This document shows positions 49,925-59,100 of a DNA stretch of 64,000 nt, piece after piece. A program made the translations under genes and the position numbers. The stretch lies in contig JAXMOL010000034.1 in NCBI GenBank assembly GCA_034669905.1, positions 21,716 to 85,715 on the forward strand, read 5' to 3'. The notes under the pieces were generated by a model, which saw nothing but the letters and a program-made list of their open reading frames with translations, was not told where the DNA came from and did no database searches. Within the stretch, counting starts at the first letter, position 1; each line of letters starts with the position of its first letter. The DNA is from Candidatus Hydrogenedentota bacterium. GTDB lineage: Bacteria; Hydrogenedentota; Hydrogenedentia; Hydrogenedentales; JAEUWI01.

Positions 49925-50863
49925 ATGGTCGATTCGATGGCACCCAAGATTCTCGTTGTGGCACCCGGTGATGGCGCGCATGATCAGCTTATAGACGTTT
50001 TGAACGACGCGGGATTCGATGCCCGTCCTGTCGTGGAGCCTGATCTGATCCAGACGATCATTCAGGAAACACCACCGGCCTGTATCATCGTGCCCCATGG
50101 ATTGCCTGGCTTTGATGGCTCCCCCACCCTGGCTGCTTCTATGAAGAATGACGCCATCTATGGGCACCTGCCGATGATCGTCACCCTGTCTTCCGATGCG
50201 CTGGATGCTATCGATTGGGTCACCTTGCGGGTAGATGACTTTCTGTTGGTGCCCTTTGAGCGCGAGACGTTGCTGGCCCGTGTGAGAATCTGTCTGGCAC
50301 GAGCGCAACGGGATCTGAATGCCAATCCCCTGACCGGTTTGCCGGGCAACATCGCGATTATCCGTGAGGCCGAAGCGCGGTTACGGTCAGGAACCCCCTT
50401 CTGCGTGGGCTATCTTGATCTCGACCACTTTAAACCCTTCAACGATAAATATGGGTTTATTCGGGGGGATGAAGTGCTGCGTATGACTGCGCGGGTCGTG
50501 GTTAATGCGGTGCGGGGTGTCGGGCGTAACGACACGTACGTGGGCCATGTTGGCGGGGATGATTTCGTATTCATTCTGCCGAGCGAAGTGGCGACCGCCG
50601 TTTGCGAGGAAATTATCCGCAGTTTCGATCTCCTCATCTCCAACTTTTATGACGAAGAAGACCGGATCCGTGGGGCCATCCACTCGATTGACCGTCAGGG
50701 GAATTCAAGAACCTTTTCGATCATGACGTGCTCGGTCGCGGTGGTAGACACGGCAATCCATCCTGTAAAGCATGTGGCAGACATCAGTGCCCGGGCGGCG
50801 CAGGTAAAAAAGTTGGCCAAGTCGACGCAGGGCTCGAGTATTTGCTTCGATCGTCGGTCCTGA
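49925..50863 (+). CDS. Receiver-like domain plus GGDEF diguanylate cyclase
   Basis: NPLTGLPGN, DLDHFKPFNDKYG, HVGGDDF; receiver lacks the canonical acidic residues. Confidence 0.88.
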   Translation: MVDSMAPKILVVAPGDGAHDQLIDVLNDAGFDARPVVEPDLIQTIIQETPPACIIVPHGLPGFDGSPTLAASMKNDAIYGHLPMIVTLSSDALDAIDWVTLRVDDFLLVPFERETLLARVRICLARAQRDLNANPLTGLPGNIAIIREAEARLRSGTPFCVGYLDLDHFKPFNDKYGFIRGDEVLRMTARVVVNAVRGVGRNDTYVGHVGGDDFVFILPSEVATAVCEEIIRSFDLLISNFYDEEDRIRGAIHSIDRQGNSRTFSIMTCSVAVVDTAIHPVKHVADISARAAQVKKLAKSTQGSSICFDRRS

Positions 50864-50876
50864 GCGAAGGAAATTC

Positions 50877-52127
50877 TTACCGGTAGGCGTCTGAAACTTC
50901 CCGTTCCAGCACATCATAGGTCTTACGATAGTTCCGTCCCAGTGCCTCTTCCGGGGCGGTGCCGGCCCGCAAGTCACTCAGCATGGGAACGACGCGACGC
51001 TGGCCATACTTCGTCCAGAGGAGGTTGACCGTCGCGTGGGCCTGGGCATAGGCCAGGGTCAGGGCTTCCGGATCGAGTTTGTGCAATTGACTGCCTTCCA
51101 ATTGGCCCAGGGGATAGGTCAGTGCCCCCTGAAAGGCCCGTCGCAGTAGCTCGGTACGGGTGCCGTCAATGGGACGCGAGAGGGTTTCAGCAAGGCCTTC
51201 GTTGAGCCACCAGGGTACCTCCGGCCCAACCGCATGCCGCAAGGCGACGTGAACGTACTCGTGTATGAGACGCCGGGAGAGTTCCTTCTCCTCCAGCCAT
51301 TGGCCATCCCGGTCGGTTATGGGGGCCCGAATTTTACCGTCGAACAATGCGCCCACATGGTTATCCAATTGCGTGGCTTCGCTAAACTGTTCTGCACTGT
51401 AGAGAATCACCTTAACGGTGTCGGGTGGATAAACGCCCCCCAACTTGCGCCCCACGTCGGAATAGGCACGTTCCAGGATAGACAGGACCTTGAAGCGGGT
51501 GTTTTGTGATACCCCCTTCGGATAACTCAACTGAAAGTGGCGTGTGGACGAGTTGTTGAAGTTTCGTTCGACCGATTCTTCGCGAAAAAGCTTTTCATAC
51601 TTCTCCCGCAAACCGGGCCAATCGGGTTTTACTTCCAGAACATAATCCCACTGAACGCGGGCGGACGGCAGATCATTATCCCGATAGTAGGCTTCCCCCA
51701 GCAGGAAATGGGCATCGGCCAGTCCCGGTTTGGCCTCGATGGCCTCTTCCAATCGGAAGATCGCGTTGGATATCTGGTTTTCCTTCAGGAAGTAAGAACC
51801 CACCTGGACCAGGGGCGAAGGGTTTTCGGGATCGATGCCGATGGCCAATTCGAGATGTCGGATGGCCTCCTTCGTTTTGTTCTCCCGTTCCAGCTGGCTG
51901 GCGACTTCCTGATGGGCGTTGCAGAGGTTGTGCTTGATGACATCATTATCGGGCGCCTTCTCATAGGCTTCCTCAAAATAACTCAGTGCTTCCGTAAAAG
52001 ACTTCGCGTTGTACGACGCAATGCCCCGTTCATTGTACTCGGCGGCCGTCTGTCCGATGGCCGGGCCAACACTCAGGAGCGAGAGCAGCGCGATGGCACC
52101 GCCTATGGTGAGTCGTACGTAAGGCAT
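50877..52127 (-). CDS. Secreted TPR protein with peptidase MA-like domain
   Basis: Signal peptide, TPR repeats, HEYVH and PWWLNEGLA. Confidence 0.85.
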   Translation of the reverse strand: MPYVRLTIGGAIALLSLLSVGPAIGQTAAEYNERGIASYNAKSFTEALSYFEEAYEKAPDNDVIKHNLCNAHQEVASQLERENKTKEAIRHLELAIGIDPENPSPLVQVGSYFLKENQISNAIFRLEEAIEAKPGLADAHFLLGEAYYRDNDLPSARVQWDYVLEVKPDWPGLREKYEKLFREESVERNFNNSSTRHFQLSYPKGVSQNTRFKVLSILERAYSDVGRKLGGVYPPDTVKVILYSAEQFSEATQLDNHVGALFDGKIRAPITDRDGQWLEEKELSRRLIHEYVHVALRHAVGPEVPWWLNEGLAETLSRPIDGTRTELLRRAFQGALTYPLGQLEGSQLHKLDPEALTLAYAQAHATVNLLWTKYGQRRVVPMLSDLRAGTAPEEALGRNYRKTYDVLEREVSDAYR

Positions 52128-52136
52128 GGGCGTGGC

Positions 52137-52526
52137 CTAGGCGTTGGGAAGCAAAACGATGGCTTCCACTTCGACCTTGATGTCCAGGGGAAGTCGGGCC
52201 ACTTCGACACAGGAGCGGGCCGGACTGCTTTCTGAAAAGTAGGAGGCGTACACGGTGTTAAACGCCTTGAAATCGTTCATGTCGGCCAGAAAACAGGTGG
52301 TCTTGACCACGTCTGTCATCTGAGCACCTGCATCCTCCACTACGGCCTTCAGGTTGTCGAGGGTGCGGGTGGTTTCCTCTTCGATGGTACCGGCAATCGC
52401 ACCGCTGCCGTCTTTGGCGAAGGGGCCCTGACCGGAGATGAAGAGCAACTGTCCGGTTTGAACCGCGTGGGAGTAGGGGCCCATAGCGGGGCTGCCGTTG
52501 GGCGAGAAGACGCAGATCTTTTCCAT
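52137..52526 (-). CDS. ridA: RidA family reactive-intermediate deaminase
   Basis: GPYSHAV, ISGQ, VVKTT, FNTVY, PARS, VEVE. Confidence 0.88.
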   Translation of the reverse strand: MEKICVFSPNGSPAMGPYSHAVQTGQLLFISGQGPFAKDGSGAIAGTIEEETTRTLDNLKAVVEDAGAQMTDVVKTTCFLADMNDFKAFNTVYASYFSESSPARSCVEVARLPLDIKVEVEAIVLLPNA

Positions 52527-52809
52527 TCGAATCCTTCCGCAGGGCAAGGGATAGGCCCTGAAATGCTGGGAGGCTGTGCGTTACAGCGACTATATCTGTG
52601 AACGTTGTGGGATGGATTCCCAAGGGGGCTTTCCAGCCCCGCAACAACTCTCTAAAAGGTATCACGGGGTGTACCATATCGTCAAACCGCGGGGGTGTAC
52701 CAATTCCGGGAATGGGCCCATTATGTGGTAGCCTCGAAACAGGAAACCGCAAGTGAGCGTGGCGCGGATGGTGTACATGCGCCCAAAACGTAAGCAGGAG
52801 GAACACCCT

Positions 52810-53625
52810 ATGGCCAAGGTCGCGTTCATCACGGGAGCCTCCCGTGGAATCGGGTACGCCTGTGCGAAGCGCCTCGCACGGGAAGGCTGGGACATCGTCG
52901 TGGCAGCGAAGACGGAAGCCCCGAATCCCCGGCTTCCGGGCACCATCTATACGGCCGCAGAATCTCTACGGGCCTTCGGTACGGAGATCCTTCCCGTGGC
53001 CTGCAATGTGCGGGATGAAGCTTCGGTGCGACGGGCGGCCGAGGCAACGTTGGACCACTTTGGTCGTGTGGATGCCGTGATCAACAATGCGGGGGCCCTT
53101 TGGTGGCGGACGATGGATGAGACGCCGCTGGGGAAATTTGATCTGGTGATGGAAGTCAATGCCCGCGGAGCCTATGCAGTCACCGAAGCCTTCCTCCCCA
53201 CCTTGAAAGCCCAGGGATCGGGGCATGTGATTACCATGTCTCCGCCGATCGACATGGAAGTGCTCCCCGGGCACATCGCCTATATGATCAGTAAATTCGG
53301 GATGACTATGATGGCCTGTGGGATTGCAAAGGAATTCGCGGAGCTGGGCATCCATGGCACGGCCCTTTGGCCCCGAACCCTCATCGAGTCCGCGGCGACG
53401 AAAAACTTCAAGATGGGCGACGCCAACGTCTGGCGCAAGGCGGAGATCCTGGCAGACGCGACGTGGGAAGTGTTACAACACCCGGAATTGAGCAATGGCA
53501 AGGCCCTGATCGACGAAGAATTTCTCCGTACGGTGGGCTACACGGATTTCGATCGCTACCTGTGTGTGGCAGACGGCAAGCCTCTTGATCTGAACAGCAA
53601 GGTGATGTTGGAACTCCGAAGCTGA
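52810..53625 (+). CDS. SDR oxidoreductase (HSDL2-like)
   Basis: TGASRGIG, LPGTIY, NNAG, YMISK, LWPRT. Confidence 0.9.
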   Translation: MAKVAFITGASRGIGYACAKRLAREGWDIVVAAKTEAPNPRLPGTIYTAAESLRAFGTEILPVACNVRDEASVRRAAEATLDHFGRVDAVINNAGALWWRTMDETPLGKFDLVMEVNARGAYAVTEAFLPTLKAQGSGHVITMSPPIDMEVLPGHIAYMISKFGMTMMACGIAKEFAELGIHGTALWPRTLIESAATKNFKMGDANVWRKAEILADATWEVLQHPELSNGKALIDEEFLRTVGYTDFDRYLCVADGKPLDLNSKVMLELRS

Positions 53626-53632
53626 ATCTTAT

Positions 53633-53986
53633 CTACTTCGTCAGATGGGGCGTGAGCGATTCGGGGGGCCGGGCAATAACGACCAAATGGCCCAAATCCA
53701 CGATGGGACGCTGGAGCAGCCTGGGCGTAGCGGCAAGTGCTGCGATCAGGGTGGCCGCGTCTTGCTGCGGGGAAAGCCCCTGCGCAGCGGCTTCGGCCTC
53801 TTTGAATCGCACGAAATCCGCTGCATCGGACTCCGAGCGGGCGATGAGATCTTCGAGTAACGCCACGTCGAGGGGCGTCTTCAGATACTCGACAAGGTGG
53901 GGCGTATACCCCGCCGCCTCGAGCAGGGCTACGGCCCCCCGGCTATTGGAGCACTTGGGATTGTGGTAAACCGTGATGTCTTGCAT
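53633..53986 (-). CDS. arsC: ArsC family (glutaredoxin-type) reductase
   Basis: YHNPKCSNSR, EYL, LQRPIV, IARPPE. Confidence 0.85.
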   Translation of the reverse strand: MQDITVYHNPKCSNSRGAVALLEAAGYTPHLVEYLKTPLDVALLEDLIARSESDAADFVRFKEAEAAAQGLSPQQDAATLIAALAATPRLLQRPIVDLGHLVVIARPPESLTPHLTK

Positions 53987-53994
53987 TGATTCTC

Positions 53995-55554
53995 CTATTC
54001 CAGCCAGACGCGATAATTCTTCGCACCGTCCTGGTGCTCAAAAAGTAGTTGTGGGGCGACGCCAGAGGCGCAGGCGCGGGCCTTGATTGCTTCGATATCG
54101 ATGTTTTCCGCGTGAAGTCGGCGCAAGGTAAGCTCAGGGATAAGCTCTTCCAATACCGTAACCTGCAGGGCGGGCAGTGTTACTTCCGTGATGCATCGCT
54201 TCCCTTCACACACGGAAACCTTGAGATAGCGTGCCACTGCCTGAAAGTTCAGCATACTACGCTGAAGCCCTTCCGGGAGTGGTGGCAGGGATGTACTTCG
54301 CGCCCGTTCCCGAAGGGGCGTCTCAACAATGCGAAAAAAGATGGTTTGCCATGGCAAACCACACTGGAGACGGTCCAGTTGTATGGCGAGTCCGTGAAAC
54401 GCGCGGATCAGGAGCAGAAGGTTGGGTGGTCCGGCGGCCCGAAACCACCACTTGAGATCGCCCAGCAGGGCGTCGACACGGTCCCCCACCTGCCATTGTT
54501 GCAGCGAGAAGGGCGTCGGCGTGGTGAAGGGTTCGACAAGAATCTGGGTCAGTGCAGGCAGCAGGGCCTGAACCGGTTGGAGTTTCGCAGCGCTGAATCC
54601 CATTGCCTGAAAGCAACGAAGCGGGTCCGTCTCGTCCCCTTCGATGGCCCCTAGAATCAACTGAATCAGGGCCAGCCGGGCGGACTCGGGGATAGTCATC
54701 ACGCACCCGAAATCGAGAAGTACCACTTCAGGTTGTCCCGATGCCGTACGCCGTACCCGGTAATTGCCCGCGTGGGGATCACCGTGGAGCATCCCCTGTA
54801 CAAAGAGACTCTGGAACATCGTGCAGGCGAGAATAACGGCCACGTGCTGCCGCAGATTCTCCGGCCAGTCGGTGATAGCCTCCAGGGGCACACCCTCTTC
54901 CCAGGACTGGACGAGGAGGGCATCTGAACTGAGTTCCGTATAGACGGAGGGGACGACGAGTCCGGAAACATTCAGTTGATCGCGGAAAAGGCGTTGCCGT
55001 AGTCCTTCGCCGTTGTAGTCCAATTCCTCTTGCAAGTCCTGATGGAGCAAGCGCTTATATTCGTTCAGGTCAAAGCCCCAACGTTTCAGGGGGCCCACGC
55101 TCGGCAACAGGTTGGCGAGGCGCAACTCCGCGTGCACGGCATCCGCGATATCGGGATAGCGCACTTTTACGGCGACCCATTCCCCGGTGTGTAATCGGGC
55201 TTTGTGCACTTGCCCCAGAGAGGCGGCAATCCCGATTTCGTCGATCTCAGAGAAAACCGCTGCCAAGGGCTTATGGAGGGCGCCTTCGATGGCGGGTGCC
55301 ATCCGTGTGAAGGGTTGGGGCGGGATGCCCAGGGCCAATTCACGGAAGGCCTCCCCTTTCCCGAGGGTGCCCAGAAGCTGTCCTGCCTTTAGAGGGACAC
55401 CCCGCGCGTCGGCGAGGAGGGCGGCAAGGGCACGTTGGGCCGCTTCCCGATTGTCACCCTCACTATGCGTGAGCTTCCGTGCGGCCCGGGCTATCTTTCC
55501 CACCTGTCGCGCACGTTGGCTGGTATGTCGGAGCTTGTCGAAGACCATGGGCAA
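53995..55554 (-). CDS. ABC1/AarF/UbiB family atypical kinase
   Basis: KAGQ, AASLGQVH, VAVKVRYP, ELDY, HGDPHAGN, LDFG. Confidence 0.9.
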   Translation of the reverse strand: MPMVFDKLRHTSQRARQVGKIARAARKLTHSEGDNREAAQRALAALLADARGVPLKAGQLLGTLGKGEAFRELALGIPPQPFTRMAPAIEGALHKPLAAVFSEIDEIGIAASLGQVHKARLHTGEWVAVKVRYPDIADAVHAELRLANLLPSVGPLKRWGFDLNEYKRLLHQDLQEELDYNGEGLRQRLFRDQLNVSGLVVPSVYTELSSDALLVQSWEEGVPLEAITDWPENLRQHVAVILACTMFQSLFVQGMLHGDPHAGNYRVRRTASGQPEVVLLDFGCVMTIPESARLALIQLILGAIEGDETDPLRCFQAMGFSAAKLQPVQALLPALTQILVEPFTTPTPFSLQQWQVGDRVDALLGDLKWWFRAAGPPNLLLLIRAFHGLAIQLDRLQCGLPWQTIFFRIVETPLRERARSTSLPPLPEGLQRSMLNFQAVARYLKVSVCEGKRCITEVTLPALQVTVLEELIPELTLRRLHAENIDIEAIKARACASGVAPQLLFEHQDGAKNYRVWLE

Positions 55555-55595
55555 TCAGCAATTCGACAGCGTGGTGTGGGCTGTAGTGGTCATGC

Positions 55596-55949
55596 TCAGC
55601 AGGTCGTGCCGTGTTCGACAGGGCAGCAACCGGCTACTTGGCTGCCATCGGCCTGGCCATAGACTTCGTGATGGGGACGGCCAGCCAGAATCTGTTCCTT
55701 TCCCCAATCGACGATTTTACCGAATTTTTCCGAGGTGGTGAAGGCTTTAAACGCCGCCTCGTCTGTCCATTCCGAGACGATCAGATAGGAGTTGGATTGG
55801 TAGACATTGGAATAGAGCGCGGACTTTCCGTGACCGTCCATGGCCTCCATTATGGAGAGCACGCGCTTGAAGACGGATTCGAATTGCGCCCCTTTTCCTT
55901 CACGTACTTCGTAATTCATTCCAATAGTAACCAACTGAATTCCCTCCAT
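55596..55949 (-). CDS. Antibiotic biosynthesis monooxygenase (ABM) family protein
   Basis: VTIGMNYEV, FESVF, YLIVSEW, ILAGRPHH; true start may be TTG at 55934. Confidence 0.82.
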   Translation of the reverse strand: MEGIQLVTIGMNYEVREGKGAQFESVFKRVLSIMEAMDGHGKSALYSNVYQSNSYLIVSEWTDEAAFKAFTTSEKFGKIVDWGKEQILAGRPHHEVYGQADGSQVAGCCPVEHGTTC

Positions 55950-56405
55950 GTGAACAATTGAGAGGTTGACCTGCCCCGGGCACCTGTCGCGGGACAGAGG
56001 GAACTTCCTTCTAATAAATAGTACGGGTATACCGACAGGGGTTTATTCTAACACGTATTGACCAGAATGACTTGCATGTTTCACACGCGTGAGGCTACCT
56101 GGAAAGTTTCCGTGTATGGTTAAGCTTACCTCGTTTCGGTGGGCAAAGGTTCCTTTGAAGCGGAACAATCCAGGACCCCAGCCTGTTGATTTCGGCACCG
56201 GTAGCCGTGGTTTTTTCGCGCCGAACGCTGTGTTGGGCAAGGGGTTTCGGGAACCTCTTGATGCAGGTTGCCCGTAGTTTTCCGGAGGCGCCTTCTTGAC
56301 AGACGCAGCGGCGAGCAGGTAAAACGTGGGCTTGGCCTGCGGGCATTTTGACCCGGGTCCTGTGGAGAACACAGTTTTTTCTGTATAACCGTTGGAAGTA
56401 TCCCT

Positions 56406-56711
56406 ATGAAAAATGGCGTTGCCGTCGCCAAAGTAAGCGATGTCCCCCCTGGAAAGTCACTGGGCGTGACCTGTCACGATGAGGAGATCGCCGTGTTCAA
56501 TCTCGATGGCGTCTTTTACGCGTGTACCAACCGGTGTCCCCATGCCGGAGCCCCGCTGGAAAACAGCATGATTGCGGGTACCGTAATTTCCTGCCCGTGG
56601 CATGGTTGGCGTTTCGACCTGGCTGCGGGACCCGATGCGCCGAAGGACGGTGTCATCCGTTTTCCCGTTGCGGTGGAGGGAGACGAGATCATGGTGGGAC
56701 AACCCGAATAG
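56406..56711 (+). CDS. Rieske-type [2Fe-2S] ferredoxin
   Basis: CPH and CPWHG ligand motifs. Confidence 0.9.
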   Translation: MKNGVAVAKVSDVPPGKSLGVTCHDEEIAVFNLDGVFYACTNRCPHAGAPLENSMIAGTVISCPWHGWRFDLAAGPDAPKDGVIRFPVAVEGDEIMVGQPE

Positions 56712-56812
56712 CCCCCTATCTTCTACTTAGTTAGCCCCAATCAAGTGTTCGCACGACACGGCCCCCCCATGCTGCGTCCGGGTCACGCGTCACGTTACGT
56801 CGGAGTATTTTC

Positions 56813-57109
56813 ATGTTAGTACACACCGTTTACTTCTGGATTAAGAAAGACTTGAGCGAAGAGCGTCGTGCGGCTTTTGTCCAGGGCGTAGAGTCCCTTG
56901 CGGGTATTGGATGTGCCGAGGCCGTGTATATCGGAACTCCCGCCGCAACCTCCCGCCCGGTTATCGATCGCACCTATGACATTGGCCTGACGGTGCTCTT
57001 GAAAGACATGGAAGCCCATGACGCCTACCAGGTAGACCCGCTGCACGTGGCTTTCCTCGATTCCTTTAGAAACGATTGGGAACGGGTCGTCATTTACGAT
57101 GCGGATTAA
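56813..57109 (+). CDS. Dabb (stress-responsive alpha/beta barrel) protein
   Basis: HTVYFW, YQVDPLH, IYD. Confidence 0.85.
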   Translation: MLVHTVYFWIKKDLSEERRAAFVQGVESLAGIGCAEAVYIGTPAATSRPVIDRTYDIGLTVLLKDMEAHDAYQVDPLHVAFLDSFRNDWERVVIYDAD

Positions 57110-57124
57110 CTGCGTTTCGGTTGC

Positions 57125-58315
57125 TCAGAATTTTGAGGAGCTGCTTTCCAGGGATTCTAACTGAAAGATTCCTGTAATGGCGGCAAAGCCCTGCTGGGCG
57201 GCCAATTCCGCTGCGGTCATTCCCTTGTAGGTCAGGTTCCGGTCTGCCCCGTGCCGCAATAATAGACGTGTTATTGATACATCCCCCCGTCCTGCCGCCT
57301 GGTGGAGCGGGGTTTTTCCATTGTGGTTTGCCTCGTTGGGGTCGGCACCATAATTGAGGAGCATCTCCGTCATGGCGAAATGACCTTCCTTAATCGCCAA
57401 CAAGAGGGGGGTCCAGCCATGGGACTTGGTTTTCAGATGCACGTCATCCGGATGCTGTTGCAGGCGAAGGCGGAGCAGGCTGATCTCATTGGAGAGGACG
57501 GCATCTACCACATTGTCCGGCATCTTCAGGGGAATCTCCCCCTGGGCATATTCGTGAAGCTTCGCGGCCAGTTTCGGGTACCCCGCCCGCATCGCCGTGG
57601 TGGCGAGTGTGAGTCCTTCAGGGGTGAGTTGGTTGGCGTTGGCACCCGCGCGAAGCAACAGAAGCATGCTCTCGTAGCCACCGGCTTTCACGGCGTACTG
57701 AAGCGCAGTCCGTCCCTTTTCGTCCCGTCGGTCGACACGGGCACCGCGCTCAATCAACCAGCGTGCCAGGCTGGGATCGTGGTGTTTGACCGCGATCATC
57801 AGGGGGGTCTTATCGCCATGGGCAGCGTGATCAATTTGAGCCCCCCATTTCATCAGGGCAGCGATGGCCTTCATCTGGCCTTTCTCCACCGCCATCATGA
57901 ATGCCGTACGGCCGTGCTCCTCTTCCCATTCGAGATCGGCTCCTGCCTGGGCAAGCAAGTCGATGATCGAGTCCTGATTGGCCGCTGCTGCGACCATGAG
58001 GGGGGAAATATTGTGTTTTGCGGCCAGATTCACGTCGGCTCCCAATTCCAGAAGCACGTTGACCGCCTGTACGTGATTTGCTTTGATGGCCCGATAGAGC
58101 GGTGTGTCCCCCTTTCGGCCCGTCCGATCGATTTTTGCGCCCCGTGACTCCAGATAGCGCATGGCCTCCACCTGATTGGCCATCGTGGCCGCAATCAGCG
58201 GGGTGTGGCCATCGTCATCACGCAAGTTGACGTCATTGCCTTTGTCGAGCAATTTTCTCAACGTGGCGATGTCGCCTCGTTCGGCGGCTTGATGCAGTGT
58301 GGTAAAAAGTCCCAT
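57125..58315 (-). CDS. Ankyrin-repeat protein
   Basis: About ten GxTPLxxA...LLxxGAD repeats; start reassigned to ATG 58315. Confidence 0.9.
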   Translation of the reverse strand: MGLFTTLHQAAERGDIATLRKLLDKGNDVNLRDDDGHTPLIAATMANQVEAMRYLESRGAKIDRTGRKGDTPLYRAIKANHVQAVNVLLELGADVNLAAKHNISPLMVAAAANQDSIIDLLAQAGADLEWEEEHGRTAFMMAVEKGQMKAIAALMKWGAQIDHAAHGDKTPLMIAVKHHDPSLARWLIERGARVDRRDEKGRTALQYAVKAGGYESMLLLLRAGANANQLTPEGLTLATTAMRAGYPKLAAKLHEYAQGEIPLKMPDNVVDAVLSNEISLLRLRLQQHPDDVHLKTKSHGWTPLLLAIKEGHFAMTEMLLNYGADPNEANHNGKTPLHQAAGRGDVSITRLLLRHGADRNLTYKGMTAAELAAQQGFAAITGIFQLESLESSSSKF

Positions 58316-58564
58316 GGAAATCACCCCGTTTTTTGTAAGGTCCGTGTTCCGTACCCTCCCCATTCGTGTGGCATCCTGCCTTATGTTAATTCTGTCCGAT
58401 TTTATGAGCGCTGTCAAATGTGCTATCTGAACCGGGGGCCTGGGAATGCCGGTCCAGTTCCTTTTGGACCGTGTGCTCGCGTAGAATGAAGGCACTGTGG
58501 CGGTGCCCCCAGGACAGGTAATCCGCCTCTCCCGGAAACCGATTGCGAGCAAAAGGATAGGTCT

Positions 58565-59089
58565 GTGACCGAAAGCACACCAGAAAAACAGTATTTACCC
58601 AATTCGAAATCCTGCTTTGTCTGTGGCGAAGACAATGCCTCGGGCCTTAAGACGCGCTTCTACGTCGATGGGGACCGGGTGAAGATGCCCCTGACAGTAG
58701 TCGACCACCACTGTGGCTATGAGAATACCGTTCATGGCGGTATCGTGGCCGCCGCGTTGGATGAGTGTATGGGCTGGGCGGCCGCCCGTGCGATTGAACG
58801 CATGTGTGTGACCGCCGAGCTGACGGTCCGGTATATAGAGCGGGTGCCGGTGGATCTGGACCTGACGGTGAGTGCCTGGGTCAATCGCAGTCACCGGCGT
58901 ATGGTCACGGCGGAAGCCACCATTGAAGACGTCGCGGGCACGGTATTCGCCCGGGCGAACGGCCGCTTCCTTCCCTTGAGTGAAGAGGAGACCCTGGCGG
59001 TCGATGATGTCTTGATTTATCGCGGGGGCGAAGAGCGGGTTTTCGACGGGCTGCGAGATACCTCGCTGGCAGGAAAGCACACCGACTGA
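58565..59089 (+). CDS. PaaI family hot-dog thioesterase
   Basis: CFVCG.N, HGGIVAAALDE, TAELTVRY. Confidence 0.88.
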   Translation: MTESTPEKQYLPNSKSCFVCGEDNASGLKTRFYVDGDRVKMPLTVVDHHCGYENTVHGGIVAAALDECMGWAAARAIERMCVTAELTVRYIERVPVDLDLTVSAWVNRSHRRMVTAEATIEDVAGTVFARANGRFLPLSEEETLAVDDVLIYRGGEERVFDGLRDTSLAGKHTD

Positions 59090-59100
59090 AGGGGTACCTC

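Noticed and set aside
56141..56218. GGGCAAA...GGTAGCCG resembling a c-di-GMP-I riboswitch
   Set aside because: No GNRA-capped P2 and no GACGCAAAG-like core
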